A DNA stretch of 64,000 nucleotides from Escherichia coli (GTDB lineage Bacteria > Pseudomonadota > Gammaproteobacteria > Enterobacterales > Enterobacteriaceae). A program made the translations under genes and the position numbers. The notes under the pieces were generated by a model. That model was not told the origin of the DNA. It ran no database searches and worked only from the letters and a program-made list of their open reading frames with translations. Every line of letters begins with the position of its first letter. The stretch's first letter is position 1. Below are positions 31,266 through 44,091 of the stretch, in pieces. The stretch lies in NCBI RefSeq assembly GCF_003334765.1, contig NZ_QOWT01000022.1. The stretch is one strand, 5' to 3'.

Positions 31266-32186
31266 TTACTTGTACCTGATAGCCGGGTTAATGGCGGCGT
31301 AAAGCACATCCACCACTAAGTTGATAAGAATAAATTCCAGCGAGAAAAGCAGAATTTCCGCCTGAATCACCGGGTAATCACGCATTTCTACGGAGTCAAC
31401 GAGTAAGCGTCCAAGTCCCGGCCAGTTGAAAACTTTCTCCACAACGATGGAACCACCGAGCAAAAAGCCAAACTGTAAGCCCATCATGGTCACTACCGGG
31501 ATCATCGCGTTACGTAGCCCGTGTTTGAGGACAACCCAGGTTTCGCTCACCCCTTTCGCCCTCGCGGTACGCATATAATCTTCGCTTAAAACATCGACAA
31601 ACGACGCGCGGGTAAAGCGCGCCATCACGGCGGCCACTGCCGCGCCGAGCGTCAGGGAGGGTAAAATGTAGTGCTGCCAACTGTCTGCTCCCACGGTAGG
31701 CAGCCAGCCCAGTTCAACGGAGAATACCTGAATTAAAAGCATCCCCAGAGCAAATGCCGGAAACGAGATCCCCGACACCGCAATGGTCATACTCAATCGA
31801 TCCGGCCAACGGTTACGCCAGACGGCGGCGATAATTCCCGCCGCCATACCAAATATAACCGCCCAGACCATACTGGTTATGGTCAGCCACAGCGTTGGCA
31901 TAAAGCGGCTGGCAATCTCATCGGCAACCGGACGACGCGACACCATCGACAGGCCAAAATCCCCCTGCACAGCATTGCTGATATAGTGCCAGAACTGGTG
32001 ATACAGCGGCTGATCCAACCCCAGCTGCTGACGCACCAGTTCTATAACCTGCGCATCAGCTTCGGGCCCGGCAATCAATCGCGCCGGATCGCCGGGCAGC
32101 ATATGGACAAATAAAAACACCAGCACCGAGACGATAAACAGCGTCGGAATCAACCCCAGTAAGCGTTTGATAACGTAATTAAGCAT
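31266..32186 (-). CDS. gsiC: Glutathione ABC transporter permease GsiC
   Basis: 306-aa permease. Confidence 0.85.
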
Positions 32187-32203
32187 TCCACTCCCTGCGT
32201 TGC

Positions 32204-33742
32204 TTATTGCAAATCCGCGTCTTCAAAGCTGAAGCCGGTGTCTGGCATGATCCAAAAACCGGTCAGGTTTTTACTGTGTGCCGACACCAGTTTTTCTACC
32301 ACCAGCGGGATCCACGGCGATTCTTGCCAGATGATATCCTGCGCCGCCTTATATAAGCGGGTCTTTTCCGCCGGATCATTAGTTTTCAGTGCCTGAGCCA
32401 GGAAGTCATCCACCTGTTTATTGCTGTAAAACGCGGTATTAAACAGCGTCGGTGGCCAGTTCTGCGAGGCAAACAGCGGCGATAGTGCCCAGTCCGCTTC
32501 GCCGGTTGAAGCCGACCAGCCAGTGTAGAACATCCGCACGCCGCTCTCTTTTTGCCCTTTACCTTCAACTTCTGCCGCCCGCTGTCCGGCATCCATCGCA
32601 GTCACCTGGGCTTTAATCCCGACCTGCGCTAACTGCTGCTGGGTAAATTGCAGCACTTTCTGCGCGGTGCTGTGGTTATGTGACGACCACAGCGTGGTAC
32701 TGAAACCGTTGGGATATCCCGCCTCTTTCAGTAATTCGCGCGCTTTCACTGGATCGTAAGGCCACGGTTTATAACTTTGCGCGTAGGCGATACTTGGCGG
32801 TACCACACCAGTAGCTGGCGTTGCATAGCCCGCAAAGGCAACTTTCACCAGCGCCGGACGGTTAATGGCGTAATTCAGCGCCTCACGGACCTTCGGGTTA
32901 TCGAACGGCTTTTGCGTCACGTTCATACTGATATAACGCTGCATAATTGACGGACTGGCCATCAACTCGATATTTTTGTTTTTCTCCAGCAGTGTGGCCT
33001 GCTCGTAAGGAATGGGGAAAGCAAACTGCGCTTCACCGGTTTGCAGCATTGCCGCGCGGGTGTTGTTATCCGCCACCGGACGCCAGGTTATGCTGTCCAG
33101 TTTGGGCAATCCTGGCTGCCAGTAACCCGCGAATTTTTTCACCTTCACAAAATCGGTCTGATTCCAGGTATCCAGTTCATACGGTCCGGTTCCCACCGGA
33201 TAAAAACCAATCTCCTTGCCATATTTTTCCAGCGCTGCCGGTGAAATCATCGCGGTCGCCGGATGGGCAAGAATATTAATAAACGCTGAGAACGGCTGTT
33301 TGAGGGTAATCTTTACCGTTGTCGGATCGATCGCTTCCGTTTTAGCAATATTCTTATACAGGTTATAGCGTTTAAGATGATTCGCCGGATCGCTGGCCCG
33401 GTCCAGATTCGCTTTCACCGCCGCGGCGTTGAAATCGGTGCCATCCTGGAATTTAATGCCTTCCCGCAATTTCACGGTGTAAGTAATGCCGTCATCGGAA
33501 ACGGTATAACTCTCCGCCAGCACGTTTTTCAGTTTCATCTCTTTATCCAGACCGAACAGCCCCTGGTAAAACGATTTCGCTACGGCCTGAGATAACGTGT
33601 CATTTGCGTCATACGGATCGAGCGTGGTGAAATTCGATCCTACCGCCACCACCACATCTTTGGCAGCGAATGCACAAGATGCCATCAACGCTGTCGCAAT
33701 GCCCAGCGCCACTAACCCACTACGGTGTACAGCTCTTGCCAT
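32204..33742 (-). CDS. gsiB: Glutathione-binding periplasmic protein GsiB
   Basis: Start at [26 protein letters not shown] (512 aa); track ORF is over-extended. Confidence 0.85.
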
Positions 33743-33761
33743 TTTATTCTCCGCCTGAATG

Positions 33762-35633
33762 TTATCTACGCATGAATGCGTATTCTGATTGTGGTTGTGC
33801 GACGTAATGCCCCGGCCCGACGCATTGCAACGAGACGGCTGCCACCTCTTCGCCACGCAGATGAATATTGCTGGGAAGATCGTCCGACAGCAGTACACGC
33901 TGCGGTCGTTGTCGGGACGGTTCAGCGACCGGAACTGCCGCCAGTAATTTACGCGTATAAGGATGCTGCGGGTTTTCGAAGACCGCGCGCCGTGGACCAA
34001 TTTCAACAATTTGCCCGAGATACATCACCGCCACACGATGACTAATCCGCTCTACCACCGCCATATCGTGGGAGATAAACAGATACGCAATGCCGAAATC
34101 ACGCTGGAGATCGAGCAACAAGTTGATAATCTGCCCGCGAATAGAAACATCCAGCGCCGAAACGGCTTCGTCGGCAATGATCACTTTTGGATTCAATGCC
34201 AACGCGCGAGCAATGCAGATGCGCTGGCGCTGACCGCCGGAAAACTCATGCGGGTAACGCCAGGCATGTTCAGGTAACAGGCCCACGCGCTCCAGCAACC
34301 ACGCAACGCGTGCAGCCGCGTCTTTACCTGGCAATAAACCGTGTACACGCAGCGGTTCGATAATCGAATCACCGATGGTCTGACGTGGGTCCAGCGAAGC
34401 GTAAGGGTCCTGAAAAATAAACTGAATATCCCGGCGTAATGCCTGAAGTTTGCCGGGTGACAAGGTATCGATTCGCTGACCGTTAAAGATAATTTCGCCG
34501 CCCTGCGATTCGACCAGGCGCAGCAACGCCCGCCCGGTAGTGGATTTACCGCTGCCAGACTCGCCCACCAGCGATAGCGTTTCGCCAGGCCAGAGATCAA
34601 AACTGACTTTCTCAACGGCATGCACTTCCCGCGTTACGCGATTCAACAAACCGCTGCGCAAAGGGAAACGGGTGACAAGATTACGCACTCGTAAAACAGG
34701 TTCGCCATCCACCACCGTTTTCTGCTCGATGGGGGGGGCCTGTTTCGCTGGATGTTCAAGCGATATCAACGGGAAACGTCGGGGATAATCTAACCCTTTC
34801 ATCGCACCAAGTTGCGGAACAGCAGCTAACAGCGCACGGGTGTAAGGATGTTGCGGTGCATGAAAAATCTGTTCGACGGTACCCGTTTCCACCGCCTCGC
34901 CCTGATACATCACCAGTACCCGATCGGCAATCTCTGCCACCACGCCCATATCGTGAGTGATAAAGATAACGCCCATCGACATCTCTTTTTGCAATACTTT
35001 GATTAATTGCAGGATCTGCGCCTGAATAGTGACATCCAGCGCGGTGGTTGGCTCATCGGCAATCAGCACCGCCGGGCGGCATGACAGCGCCATCGCAATC
35101 ATCACTCGCTGGCGCATCCCGCCAGAGAGTTGATGCGGATAACGTGAAAGAATGGTTTGTGCCTCAGGAATGCGTACCTGATCCAGCATCCGCTTCGCCT
35201 CGACCATCGCTTCTTCACGACTGGCGTTCTGATGCAGACGAATTGATTCGGCAATCTGTTCACCCACAGTAAATACCGGGTTCAGCGATGTCATCGGCTC
35301 CTGAAATATCATCGCCATATCCGCACCGCGAACATGGCGCATTTGTGCAGCGTTCTGCTCGCTAAGTTCAATCACTTCGCGACTGCGCCGCTGCAACAGC
35401 ATTTTATCGCACTGTACTAAACCGCCCGCCTGTTCCAACAGGCGCATCAATGCCAACGCAGTCACTGACTTACCGGAGCCGGATTCGCCAACAATTGCCA
35501 GCGTCTCACCGCGTTGCAGACTAAAAGAGAGATTGCGGACCGCAGCTATTTTCTGCTGGTCCTGCATAAAGGCAATATTCAGATTTTCAACCGCCAGCAC
35601 ATTACCGGCATCAAGTTCATCACTGTGTGGCAA
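33762..35633 (-). CDS. gsiA: Glutathione ABC transporter ATPase GsiA (two ABC domains), probable TTG start
   Basis: Two Walker A motifs (GESGSGKS); N-terminus [14 protein letters not shown] implies a TTG start at 35633. Confidence 0.85.
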   Translation of the reverse strand: MPHSDELDAGNVLAVENLNIAFMQDQQKIAAVRNLSFSLQRGETLAIVGESGSGKSVTALALMRLLEQAGGLVQCDKMLLQRRSREVIELSEQNAAQMRHVRGADMAMIFQEPMTSLNPVFTVGEQIAESIRLHQNASREEAMVEAKRMLDQVRIPEAQTILSRYPHQLSGGMRQRVMIAMALSCRPAVLIADEPTTALDVTIQAQILQLIKVLQKEMSMGVIFITHDMGVVAEIADRVLVMYQGEAVETGTVEQIFHAPQHPYTRALLAAVPQLGAMKGLDYPRRFPLISLEHPAKQAPPIEQKTVVDGEPVLRVRNLVTRFPLRSGLLNRVTREVHAVEKVSFDLWPGETLSLVGESGSGKSTTGRALLRLVESQGGEIIFNGQRIDTLSPGKLQALRRDIQFIFQDPYASLDPRQTIGDSIIEPLRVHGLLPGKDAAARVAWLLERVGLLPEHAWRYPHEFSGGQRQRICIARALALNPKVIIADEAVSALDVSIRGQIINLLLDLQRDFGIAYLFISHDMAVVERISHRVAVMYLGQIVEIGPRRAVFENPQHPYTRKLLAAVPVAEPSRQRPQRVLLSDDLPSNIHLRGEEVAAVSLQCVGPGHYVAQPQSEYAFMRR

Positions 35634-36585
35634 CGGTGTCCCCTTTTTCACGGTAGATACCGGTGGTTGGCGTATCGCCTGCGTAGCCCCAGGCGCGATA
35701 CATTCCTTCGGTGTTAAACGGTAGCGCGACATTCCCTTCATGGTCGATAGCGATTAAGCCACCGCTACCGCCAAGCGCAGGGAGTTTTTCCATTACTACC
35801 CGCTCGCAGGCTTCCGCGAGACTTAATCCGCCGTAATCCATTAACGCGGCGATGTCATATGCCGCCAGCGCGCGGATGAAGACTTCGCCCGTGCCGGTAC
35901 AAGAAACCGCCACACTGGCGTTATTGGCGTAGCATCCGGCACCCACTAAGGGACTATCGCCAACTCGTCCGGGTAATTTATTGGTCATTCCGCCTGTGGA
36001 CGTGGCTGCCGCCAAATTGCCGTCTAAATCCAACGCCACGGCCCCCACGGTGCCCATTTTCTGTTTTTCATCCAGTGGCGCACCGCTATGGTCGAGGACG
36101 GTTGCCCCTTCCTTGCGCGCTGCCAGTAGTTGTTCATAACGCAAAGGCGTGGAGAAAATCTCCGGCGAGACGCGCTCCATGCCACGAGCAAACGCAAAAT
36201 TTTCTGCCCCTTCGCCAATCATCATCACATGCGGGCTTTGCTCCATCACCAGCCGGGCGGCAAGAACCGGATTACGCAGATGACTAACGCCCGCCACCGC
36301 ACCGGCTTTCAGGGTGTTACCATCCATCACACAGGCGTCCAGTTCATGGGTTTCATCACGCGTAAAGACAGCGCCAATTCCGGCGTTAAACAGTGGACAC
36401 TCTTCCAGCAGACGCACCGCTTCCGTCACCACATCCAGCGCACTTTCGCCCGCTTCCAGCATTTTCTGCCCGGTTTCAACAATGGCAGACAACGCCTCGA
36501 TGTAGCGTAATTCCTGTTGCAGACTCATCTGCGCGCGGCTAATTGCACCTGCGCCACCATGAATTGCAATGACTGCTTTGCCCAT
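35620..36585 (-). CDS. iaaA: Isoaspartyl dipeptidase / L-asparaginase IaaA
   Basis: 321-aa Ntn-hydrolase; overlaps the gsiA start. Confidence 0.85.
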   Translation of the reverse strand: MGKAVIAIHGGAGAISRAQMSLQQELRYIEALSAIVETGQKMLEAGESALDVVTEAVRLLEECPLFNAGIGAVFTRDETHELDACVMDGNTLKAGAVAGVSHLRNPVLAARLVMEQSPHVMMIGEGAENFAFARGMERVSPEIFSTPLRYEQLLAARKEGATVLDHSGAPLDEKQKMGTVGAVALDLDGNLAAATSTGGMTNKLPGRVGDSPLVGAGCYANNASVAVSCTGTGEVFIRALAAYDIAALMDYGGLSLAEACERVVMEKLPALGGSGGLIAIDHEGNVALPFNTEGMYRAWGYAGDTPTTGIYREKGDTVATQ

Positions 36586-36788
36586 AGTATTCGTCCATTA
36601 AGGGTGGTTCGCCACTTTTGCTATAAATATCAGAATTTTTATGAATTACTCATTCAATTTTTGAATATAGAAAGATGGATATGGCATGTAAAGGCAGGAC
36701 CCAGCGCTACGCCCGAGGTGGCATACAGTCTGTGGCGTTTTTCTGACATAATAGGCAAATTCGATTTTGCCTCCGCAGGAGTGTTTTC

Positions 36789-38024
36789 ATGGAATTTACC
36801 ACCGGATTGATGTCGCTCGACACCGCGCTTAATGAGATGCTTTCTCGCGTCACCCCACTGACCGCCCAGGAAACGCTGCCACTGGTACAGTGTTTTGGTC
36901 GTATTCTGGCGAGCGATGTCGTTTCGCCGCTTGATGTTCCGGGGTTTGATAACTCCGCAATGGACGGCTACGCGGTGCGTTTAGCCGATATTGCCTCCGG
37001 GCAACCGCTGCCCGTTGCCGGTAAATCCTTTGCCGGTCAGCCATACCATGGTGAATGGCCTGCGGGTACCTGCATTCGTATTATGACCGGTGCGCCGGTG
37101 CCGGAAGGCTGCGAAGCGGTGGTGATGCAGGAGCAGACTGAACAAATGGACAATGGCGTGCGTTTTACTGCTGAAGTGCGTAGCGGGCAAAATATTCGCC
37201 GTCGCGGTGAAGATATCTCTGCAGGTGCGGTTGTTTTCCCGGCGGGAACTCGCCTGACTACCGCAGAGCTGCCAGTAATTGCTTCACTGGGGATTGCCGA
37301 AGTTCCGGTGATTCGTAAAGTGCGTGTAGCGCTTTTTTCTACCGGTGATGAACTCCAGTTGCCCGGTCAGCCGCTGGGCGACGGCCAAATCTACGATACC
37401 AACCGTCTCGCCGTACACCTGATGTTAGAACAGTTGGGATGCGAGGTAATTAACTTAGGGATTATCCGCGACGATCCCCATGCCCTGCGCGCCGCATTTA
37501 TTGAAGCCGACAGCCAGGCGGATGTGGTGATCAGTTCCGGCGGTGTTTCAGTGGGTGAGGCGGATTACACCAAAACGATTCTTGAAGAGCTGGGGGAGAT
37601 CGCCTTCTGGAAGCTGGCGATTAAACCAGGTAAACCGTTCGCGTTCGGTAAACTCAGCAATAGCTGGTTCTGCGGCCTGCCGGGCAACCCGGTTTCAGCG
37701 ACGCTGACCTTCTATCAACTGGTACAGCCTTTGCTGGCAAAACTAAGCGGTAACACCGCCAGCGGCCTGCCCGCGCGCCAGCGCGTACGCACAGCGTCCC
37801 GCCTGAAAAAAACGCCAGGACGTCTTGATTTCCAGCGCGGCGTGCTGCAACGCAACGCCGATGGCGAACTGGAAGTGACGACCACCGGACATCAGGGTTC
37901 ACATATATTTAGCTCCTTTAGCCTCGGCAACTGCTTTATCGTGCTGGAACGCGATCGCGGCAATGTGGAAGTGGGCGAATGGGTGGAAGTAGAACCGTTT
38001 AACGCGTTGTTCGGAGGCCTGTAA
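36789..38024 (+). CDS. moeA: Molybdopterin molybdenumtransferase MoeA
   Basis: 411 aa, recognised. Confidence 0.9.
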   Translation: MEFTTGLMSLDTALNEMLSRVTPLTAQETLPLVQCFGRILASDVVSPLDVPGFDNSAMDGYAVRLADIASGQPLPVAGKSFAGQPYHGEWPAGTCIRIMTGAPVPEGCEAVVMQEQTEQMDNGVRFTAEVRSGQNIRRRGEDISAGAVVFPAGTRLTTAELPVIASLGIAEVPVIRKVRVALFSTGDELQLPGQPLGDGQIYDTNRLAVHLMLEQLGCEVINLGIIRDDPHALRAAFIEADSQADVVISSGGVSVGEADYTKTILEELGEIAFWKLAIKPGKPFAFGKLSNSWFCGLPGNPVSATLTFYQLVQPLLAKLSGNTASGLPARQRVRTASRLKKTPGRLDFQRGVLQRNADGELEVTTTGHQGSHIFSSFSLGNCFIVLERDRGNVEVGEWVEVEPFNALFGGL

Positions 38025-38773
38025 TGGCGGAACTCAGCGATCAGGAGATGCTGCGCTACAACCGGCAAATCATTCTGCGCGGCTTTGATTTTGACGGCCA
38101 GGAGGCGCTGAAAGATTCTCGCGTGCTGATAGTGGGCCTGGGCGGCCTCGGCTGTGCAGCCTCGCAGTATCTGGCAAGCGCCGGTGTCGGTAACCTGACG
38201 CTGCTCGACTTCGACACGGTTTCGCTCTCGAATCTGCAACGCCAGACACTGCACAGTGATGCCACGGTCGGGCAACCGAAGGTGGAATCCGCCCGTGACG
38301 CCCTGACGCGGATCAACCCACATATCGCGATTACGCCAGTCAATGCACTGCTGGATGACGCAGAACTTGCAGCATTGATTGCTGAACACGATCTGGTGCT
38401 CGACTGTACGGATAACGTTGCGGTACGTAATCAACTGAACGCAGGCTGTTTTGCCGCGAAGGTACCGCTGGTTTCCGGCGCGGCAATTCGTATGGAAGGT
38501 CAAATCACCGTCTTTACTTATCAGGACGGTGAACCGTGCTATCGCTGCCTTAGCCGTTTGTTTGGTGAAAATGCATTAACCTGCGTGGAAGCAGGCGTAA
38601 TGGCACCGTTGATCGGCGTAATTGGTTCGTTGCAGGCAATGGAAGCGATCAAAATGCTGGCAGGTTATGGCAAACCGGCCAGCGGGAAAATCGTCATGTA
38701 CGATGCGATGACCTGTCAGTTTCGCGAAATGAAACTGATGCGTAATCCGGGGTGTGAGGTGTGTGGGCAGTAA
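38024..38773 (+). CDS. moeB: Molybdopterin-synthase adenylyltransferase MoeB
   Basis: ThiF-type GLGGLG motif, CxxC pairs. Confidence 0.9.
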   Translation: MAELSDQEMLRYNRQIILRGFDFDGQEALKDSRVLIVGLGGLGCAASQYLASAGVGNLTLLDFDTVSLSNLQRQTLHSDATVGQPKVESARDALTRINPHIAITPVNALLDDAELAALIAEHDLVLDCTDNVAVRNQLNAGCFAAKVPLVSGAAIRMEGQITVFTYQDGEPCYRCLSRLFGENALTCVEAGVMAPLIGVIGSLQAMEAIKMLAGYGKPASGKIVMYDAMTCQFREMKLMRNPGCEVCGQ

Positions 38774-38848
38774 TTGCCACCTCCAGGCCTGATAAGACGC
38801 GGCACTCCGCCACGTCATCAGCAATTTATGAGGATGCAGAACGTCCGG

Positions 38849-39511
38849 TTAAATCGACGTTCTGCCAAACGCTCCCTGCCAGTCCTGCTCAAACTTCGCC
38901 ACAGCGGCATCAACCGCCGGATAGCTAATCATCTGTTGTGCCACATCCAGTGGCAGAGTAATTGATTCACATCCTGCCAGTAAGCAGTCCAGCGCCTGAC
39001 GCGGGGTTTTGAAACTCGCTGCCAGCACTTTCGCCTGCGGCGCATGCATTTTCAATAACTGGTGTAAGTCGGTCACAGTCTGAATGCCGCTACCGCCCTG
39101 AGCATCAATACGATTAACGTAAGGCGCAACATATTCCGCACCTGCCAGCGCCGACAGCAGCCCTTGTGCTGCGCCATATACCGCGGTTCCCAGCGTCGGA
39201 ATCCCTTCCGCTTTTAACATCTTAATAGCTGCCAGCCCCTCGGCGGTCACCGGAACTTTCACCACGATATCCGCAATAATAGAACGCAGCTTAAGCGCGT
39301 CATTAACCATCCCTTCGGCAGTGGTAGCCATTACCTGGGCAAACAGACGCCCCTGACCGCCCATCGCTTCATGAAGTTGCGGAAGCACAACATCCAGCGG
39401 TTTTTTACCCGCGGCGATAATGCTTGGGTTAGTGGTCACACCCGCCAGCGGAAAAATACGTGACAGCGCCTTCACCGCAACAACGTCTGAAGTATCCAGA
39501 TACAGTTCCAT
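38849..39511 (-). CDS. fsaA: Fructose-6-phosphate aldolase 1
   Basis: Start at [17 protein letters not shown] (220 aa). Confidence 0.85.
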   Translation of the reverse strand: MELYLDTSDVVAVKALSRIFPLAGVTTNPSIIAAGKKPLDVVLPQLHEAMGGQGRLFAQVMATTAEGMVNDALKLRSIIADIVVKVPVTAEGLAAIKMLKAEGIPTLGTAVYGAAQGLLSALAGAEYVAPYVNRIDAQGGSGIQTVTDLHQLLKMHAPQAKVLAASFKTPRQALDCLLAGCESITLPLDVAQQMISYPAVDAAVAKFEQDWQGAFGRTSI

Positions 39512-39641
39512 AACCATCCTCAAAATGTACTTTTTGTCTGAATGTAGACTATCACGGGAAAACTCTCTGAACAGTTGACGCACATCAATCTAACTTTCAT
39601 TCGAAAGTATTTTAATGCTTGAACGAAATAGAGAGGCAACT

Positions 39642-40541
39642 ATGATTTTCAATATTCAGCGCTACTCGACCCATGATGGCCCCGGTATCCGCACGGTCGT
39701 ATTTCTTAAAGGCTGTTCGCTGGGCTGCCGCTGGTGTCAGAACCCGGAAAGCCGCGCCCGCACGCAGGATCTGCTGTATGACGCACGACTGTGTCTGGAA
39801 GGCTGCGAGCTGTGCGCTAAGGCCGCGCCGGAAGTGATTGAGCGCGCGCTGAATGGTTTGCTTATTCATCGGGAAAAGTTAACCCCGGAGCATCTGACGG
39901 CGTTAACCGACTGCTGTCCGACACAGGCATTAACCGTGTGTGGTGAAGTGAAAAGCGTTGAGGAGATCATGACGACCGTTCTGCGCGATAAACCGTTTTA
40001 CGATCGCAGCGGCGGCGGTTTAACGCTTTCGGGTGGTGAGCCCTTTATGCAGCCGGAAATGGCGATGGCGCTACTGCAAGCCAGCCACGAGGCAGGCATT
40101 CATACTGCGGTAGAAACCTGTCTGCATGTGCCGTGGAAATATATCGCCCCTTCTCTGCCCTATATCGATCTGTTTCTTGCCGATTTAAAACACGTTGCCG
40201 ACGCGCCGTTTAAACAGTGGACCGACGGTAACGCCGCCAGAGTGCTGGATAACCTGAAAAAACTCGCCGCAGCGGGCAAAAAAATCATTATCCGCGTGCC
40301 GCTGATTCAGGGCTTTAATGCCGACGAAACCTCTGTAAAAGCCATTACCGATTTTGCCGCCGACGAGCTGCACGTTGGCGAAATTCATTTTCTGCCCTAC
40401 CACACGCTGGGCATCAACAAATATCACTTACTTAATCTGCCCTATGACGCCCCGGAAAAACCGCTTGATGCGCCAGAACTGCTCGACTTTGCCCAGCAGT
40501 ATGCCTGCCAGAAAGGGTTAACCGCGACCTTACGAGGATAA
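39642..40541 (+). CDS. pflE: Glycyl-radical enzyme activating protein PflE (YbiY)
   Basis: Start [18 protein letters not shown]; CxxxCxxC radical-SAM cluster. Confidence 0.8.
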
Positions 40542-40546
40542 CAACC

Positions 40547-42979
40547 ATGACCACACTGAAACTGGACACGCTCAGCGACCGCATTAAAGCGCACAAAAAT
40601 GCGCTGGTGCATATTGTGAAACCGCCAGTCTGTACCGAGCGCGCGCAGCACTATACCGAGATGTATCAACAACATCTCGATAAGCCGATCCCGGTACGTC
40701 GCGCGCTGGCACTGGCGCATCACCTGGCGAATCGCACCATCTGGATCAAACACGATGAGTTGATCATTGGCAACCAGGCAAGCGAAGTTCGCGCCGCGCC
40801 GATCTTCCCGGAATATACTGTCTCGTGGATCGAAAAAGAGATTGATGATCTGGCAGATCGTCCCGGTGCTGGCTTTGCGGTGAGCGAAGAGAACAAACGC
40901 GTTCTGCATGAAGTGTGCCCGTGGTGGCGCGGTCAGACCGTACAGGATCGCTGCTACGGCATGTTTACCGATGAGCAAAAAGGTCTGCTGGCGACCGGAA
41001 TCATTAAAGCGGAAGGCAATATGACCTCCGGCGATGCGCACCTGGCGGTGAATTTCCCGCTGCTGCTGGAAAAAGGGCTTGATGGTCTGCGCGAGAAAGT
41101 AGCGGAACGTCGCTCGCGCATCAACCTGACGGTGCTGGAAGATTTACACGGTGAGCAATTCCTGAAAGCGATTGATATCGTGCTGGTGGCAGTCAGTGAA
41201 CACATTGAACGTTTCGCTGCCCTGGCGCGTGAAATGGCCGCGACCGAAACCCGCGAAAGCCGTCGCGATGAACTGCTGGCGATGGCAGAAAACTGCGATC
41301 TTATCGCCCACCAGCCGCCGCAGACTTTCTGGCAGGCGCTGCAACTGTGTTACTTCATCCAGTTGATTTTGCAGATCGAATCTAACGGTCACTCAGTATC
41401 GTTTGGTCGTATGGACCAGTATCTCTACCCGTACTATCGCCGCGACGTTGAACTCAACCAGACGCTGGATCGCGAACACGCCATCGAGATGCTGCATAGC
41501 TGCTGGCTGAAACTGCTGGAAGTGAACAAGATCCGCTCCGGCTCACACTCAAAAGCCTCTGCGGGAAGTCCGCTGTATCAGAACGTCACTATTGGCGGGC
41601 AAAATCTGGTTGATGGTCAACCAATGGACGCGGTGAATCCACTCTCTTACGCGATCCTCGAATCCTGCGGTCGCCTGCGTTCCACTCAGCCTAACCTCAG
41701 CGTGCGTTACCATGCAGGAATGAGCAACGATTTCCTCGACGCCTGCGTACAGGTGATCCGTTGCGGCTTCGGGATGCCGGCGTTCAACAACGACGAAATC
41801 GTGATCCCGGAATTTATTAAACTCGGTATTGAACCGCAGGACGCTTATGACTACGCAGCGATTGGTTGTATAGAAACCGCCGTCGGTGGCAAATGGGGCT
41901 ATCGCTGTACCGGCATGAGCTTTATCAACTTCGCCCGCGTGATGCTGGCGGCGCTGGAAGGCGGGCATGATGCCACCAGCGGCAAAGTGTTCCTGCCACA
42001 AGAAAAAGCGTTGTCGGCAGGTAACTTCAACAACTTCGATGAAGTGATGGACGCGTGGGATACGCAAATCCGTTACTACACCCGCAAATCAATCGAAATC
42101 GAATATGTCGTCGACACCATGCTGGAAGAGAACGTGCACGATATTCTCTGCTCGGCGCTGGTGGATGACTGTATTGAGCGAGCGAAAAGTATCAAGCAAG
42201 GCGGCGCGAAATATGACTGGGTTTCTGGCCTGCAGGTCGGCATTGCCAACCTCGGCAACAGCCTGGCGGCAGTGAAGAAACTGGTGTTTGAACAAGGTGC
42301 GATTGGTCAGCAACAGCTTGCTGCCGCACTGGCAGATGACTTCGACGGCCTGACTCACGAGCAGCTGCGTCAGCGGCTGATTAACGGTGCGCCGAAGTAC
42401 GGCAACGACGATGATACTGTCGATACGCTGCTGGCTCGCGCTTATCAGACCTATATCGACGAACTGAAACAGTACCATAATCCGCGCTACGGTCGTGGTC
42501 CGGTTGGCGGCAACTATTACGCGGGTACGTCATCAATCTCCGCTAACGTACCGTTTGGCGCGCAGACTATGGCAACACCGGACGGGCGTAAAGCCCACAC
42601 CCCGCTGGCAGAAGGCGCAAGCCCGGCCTCCGGTACTGACCATCTTGGCCCTACTGCGGTCATTGGCTCAGTGGGTAAACTGCCTACGGCAGCGATTCTC
42701 GGCGGCGTGTTGCTCAACCAGAAACTGAATCCGGCAACGCTGGAGAACGAATCTGACAAGCAGAAACTGATGATCCTGCTGCGTACCTTCTTTGAAGTGC
42801 ATAAAGGCTGGCATATTCAGTACAACATCGTTTCCCGCGAAACGCTGCTGGATGCGAAAAAACATCCCGATCAGTATCGCGATCTGGTAGTGCGTGTCGC
42901 GGGCTATTCCGCGTTCTTCACCGCGCTCTCTCCAGACGCTCAGGACGATATCATCGCCCGTACTGAACATATGCTGTAA
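40547..42979 (+). CDS. pflF: Glycyl-radical enzyme PflF (YbiW), pyruvate formate-lyase-like
   Basis: 810 aa; C-terminal glycyl-radical motif RVAGYSA. Confidence 0.85.
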   Translation: MTTLKLDTLSDRIKAHKNALVHIVKPPVCTERAQHYTEMYQQHLDKPIPVRRALALAHHLANRTIWIKHDELIIGNQASEVRAAPIFPEYTVSWIEKEIDDLADRPGAGFAVSEENKRVLHEVCPWWRGQTVQDRCYGMFTDEQKGLLATGIIKAEGNMTSGDAHLAVNFPLLLEKGLDGLREKVAERRSRINLTVLEDLHGEQFLKAIDIVLVAVSEHIERFAALAREMAATETRESRRDELLAMAENCDLIAHQPPQTFWQALQLCYFIQLILQIESNGHSVSFGRMDQYLYPYYRRDVELNQTLDREHAIEMLHSCWLKLLEVNKIRSGSHSKASAGSPLYQNVTIGGQNLVDGQPMDAVNPLSYAILESCGRLRSTQPNLSVRYHAGMSNDFLDACVQVIRCGFGMPAFNNDEIVIPEFIKLGIEPQDAYDYAAIGCIETAVGGKWGYRCTGMSFINFARVMLAALEGGHDATSGKVFLPQEKALSAGNFNNFDEVMDAWDTQIRYYTRKSIEIEYVVDTMLEENVHDILCSALVDDCIERAKSIKQGGAKYDWVSGLQVGIANLGNSLAAVKKLVFEQGAIGQQQLAAALADDFDGLTHEQLRQRLINGAPKYGNDDDTVDTLLARAYQTYIDELKQYHNPRYGRGPVGGNYYAGTSSISANVPFGAQTMATPDGRKAHTPLAEGASPASGTDHLGPTAVIGSVGKLPTAAILGGVLLNQKLNPATLENESDKQKLMILLRTFFEVHKGWHIQYNIVSRETLLDAKKHPDQYRDLVVRVAGYSAFFTALSPDAQDDIIARTEHML

Positions 42980-43124
42980 TCTCCTCGGCCCGGCGGCGTC
43001 GTCGCCGGGCTAAATCATTCACATCATCAATTTCATCCTTACTTTCATTCGAAATATAATTTGTGCTCTGCGTCACATTGTTATTACACTGTTACGGTTT
43101 CATTTTCGAGCCAGGAGCACACCT

Positions 43125-43940
43125 ATGAGCGTAAAAGTTATCGTCACAGACATGGACGGTACTTTTCTTAACGACGCCAAAACGTACAACCAACCACGTT
43201 TTATGGCGCAATATCAGGAACTGAAAAAGCGCGGCATTAAGTTCGTTGTTGCCAGCGGTAATCAGTATTACCAGCTTATTTCATTCTTTCCTGAGCTAAA
43301 GGATGAGATCTCTTTTGTCGCGGAAAACGGCGCACTGGTTTACGAACATGGCAAGCAGTTGTTCCACGGCGAACTGACCCGACATGAATCGCGGATTGTT
43401 ATTGGCGAGTTGCTAAAAGATAAGCAACTCAATTTTGTCGCCTGCGGTCTGCAAAGTGCATATGTCAGCGAAAATGCCCCCGAAGCATTTGTCGCACTGA
43501 TGGCAAAACACTACCATCGCCTGAAACCTGTAAAAGATTATCAGGAGATTGACGACGTACTGTTCAAGTTTTCGCTCAACCTGCCGGATGAACAAATCCC
43601 GTTAGTGATCGACAAACTGCACGTAGCGCTCGATGGCATTATGAAACCCGTTACCAGTGGTTTTGGCTTTATCGACCTGATTATTCCCGGTCTACATAAA
43701 GCAAACGGTATTTCGCGGTTACTGAAACGCTGGGATCTGTCACCGCAAAATGTGGTAGCGATTGGCGACAGCGGTAACGATGCGGAGATGCTGAAAATGG
43801 CGCGTTATTCCTTTGCGATGGGCAATGCTGCGGAAAACATTAAACAAATCGCCCGTTACGCTACCGATGATAATAATCATGAAGGCGCGCTGAATGTGAT
43901 TCAGGCGGTGCTGGATAACACATCCCCTTTTAACAGCTGA
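43125..43940 (+). CDS. ybiV: HAD sugar phosphatase YbiV
   Basis: [12 protein letters not shown] motif; 271 aa. Confidence 0.85.
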
Positions 43941-44091
43941 CCTCTCTACCGGAGCCGTGCGCTCCGGTTTTCCCTTCTTTTTACATCCTGTACATCACAT
44001 CAAATCATTAAACTTGCATTAACTTATTTATAACTTATATTGTCACATGCAAATCAGAATGGTTTCGAATGAAAGTTAATGAGAGGTGGTT

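Noticed and set aside
36130-36510. 126-aa plus-strand ORF
   Set aside because: Antisense within iaaA.
38836-38865. Hairpin gcagaacgtc...gacgttctgc at the fsaA 3' end as a terminator
   Set aside because: Encloses the fsaA stop codon and has no T-run on either strand; noted but not called.
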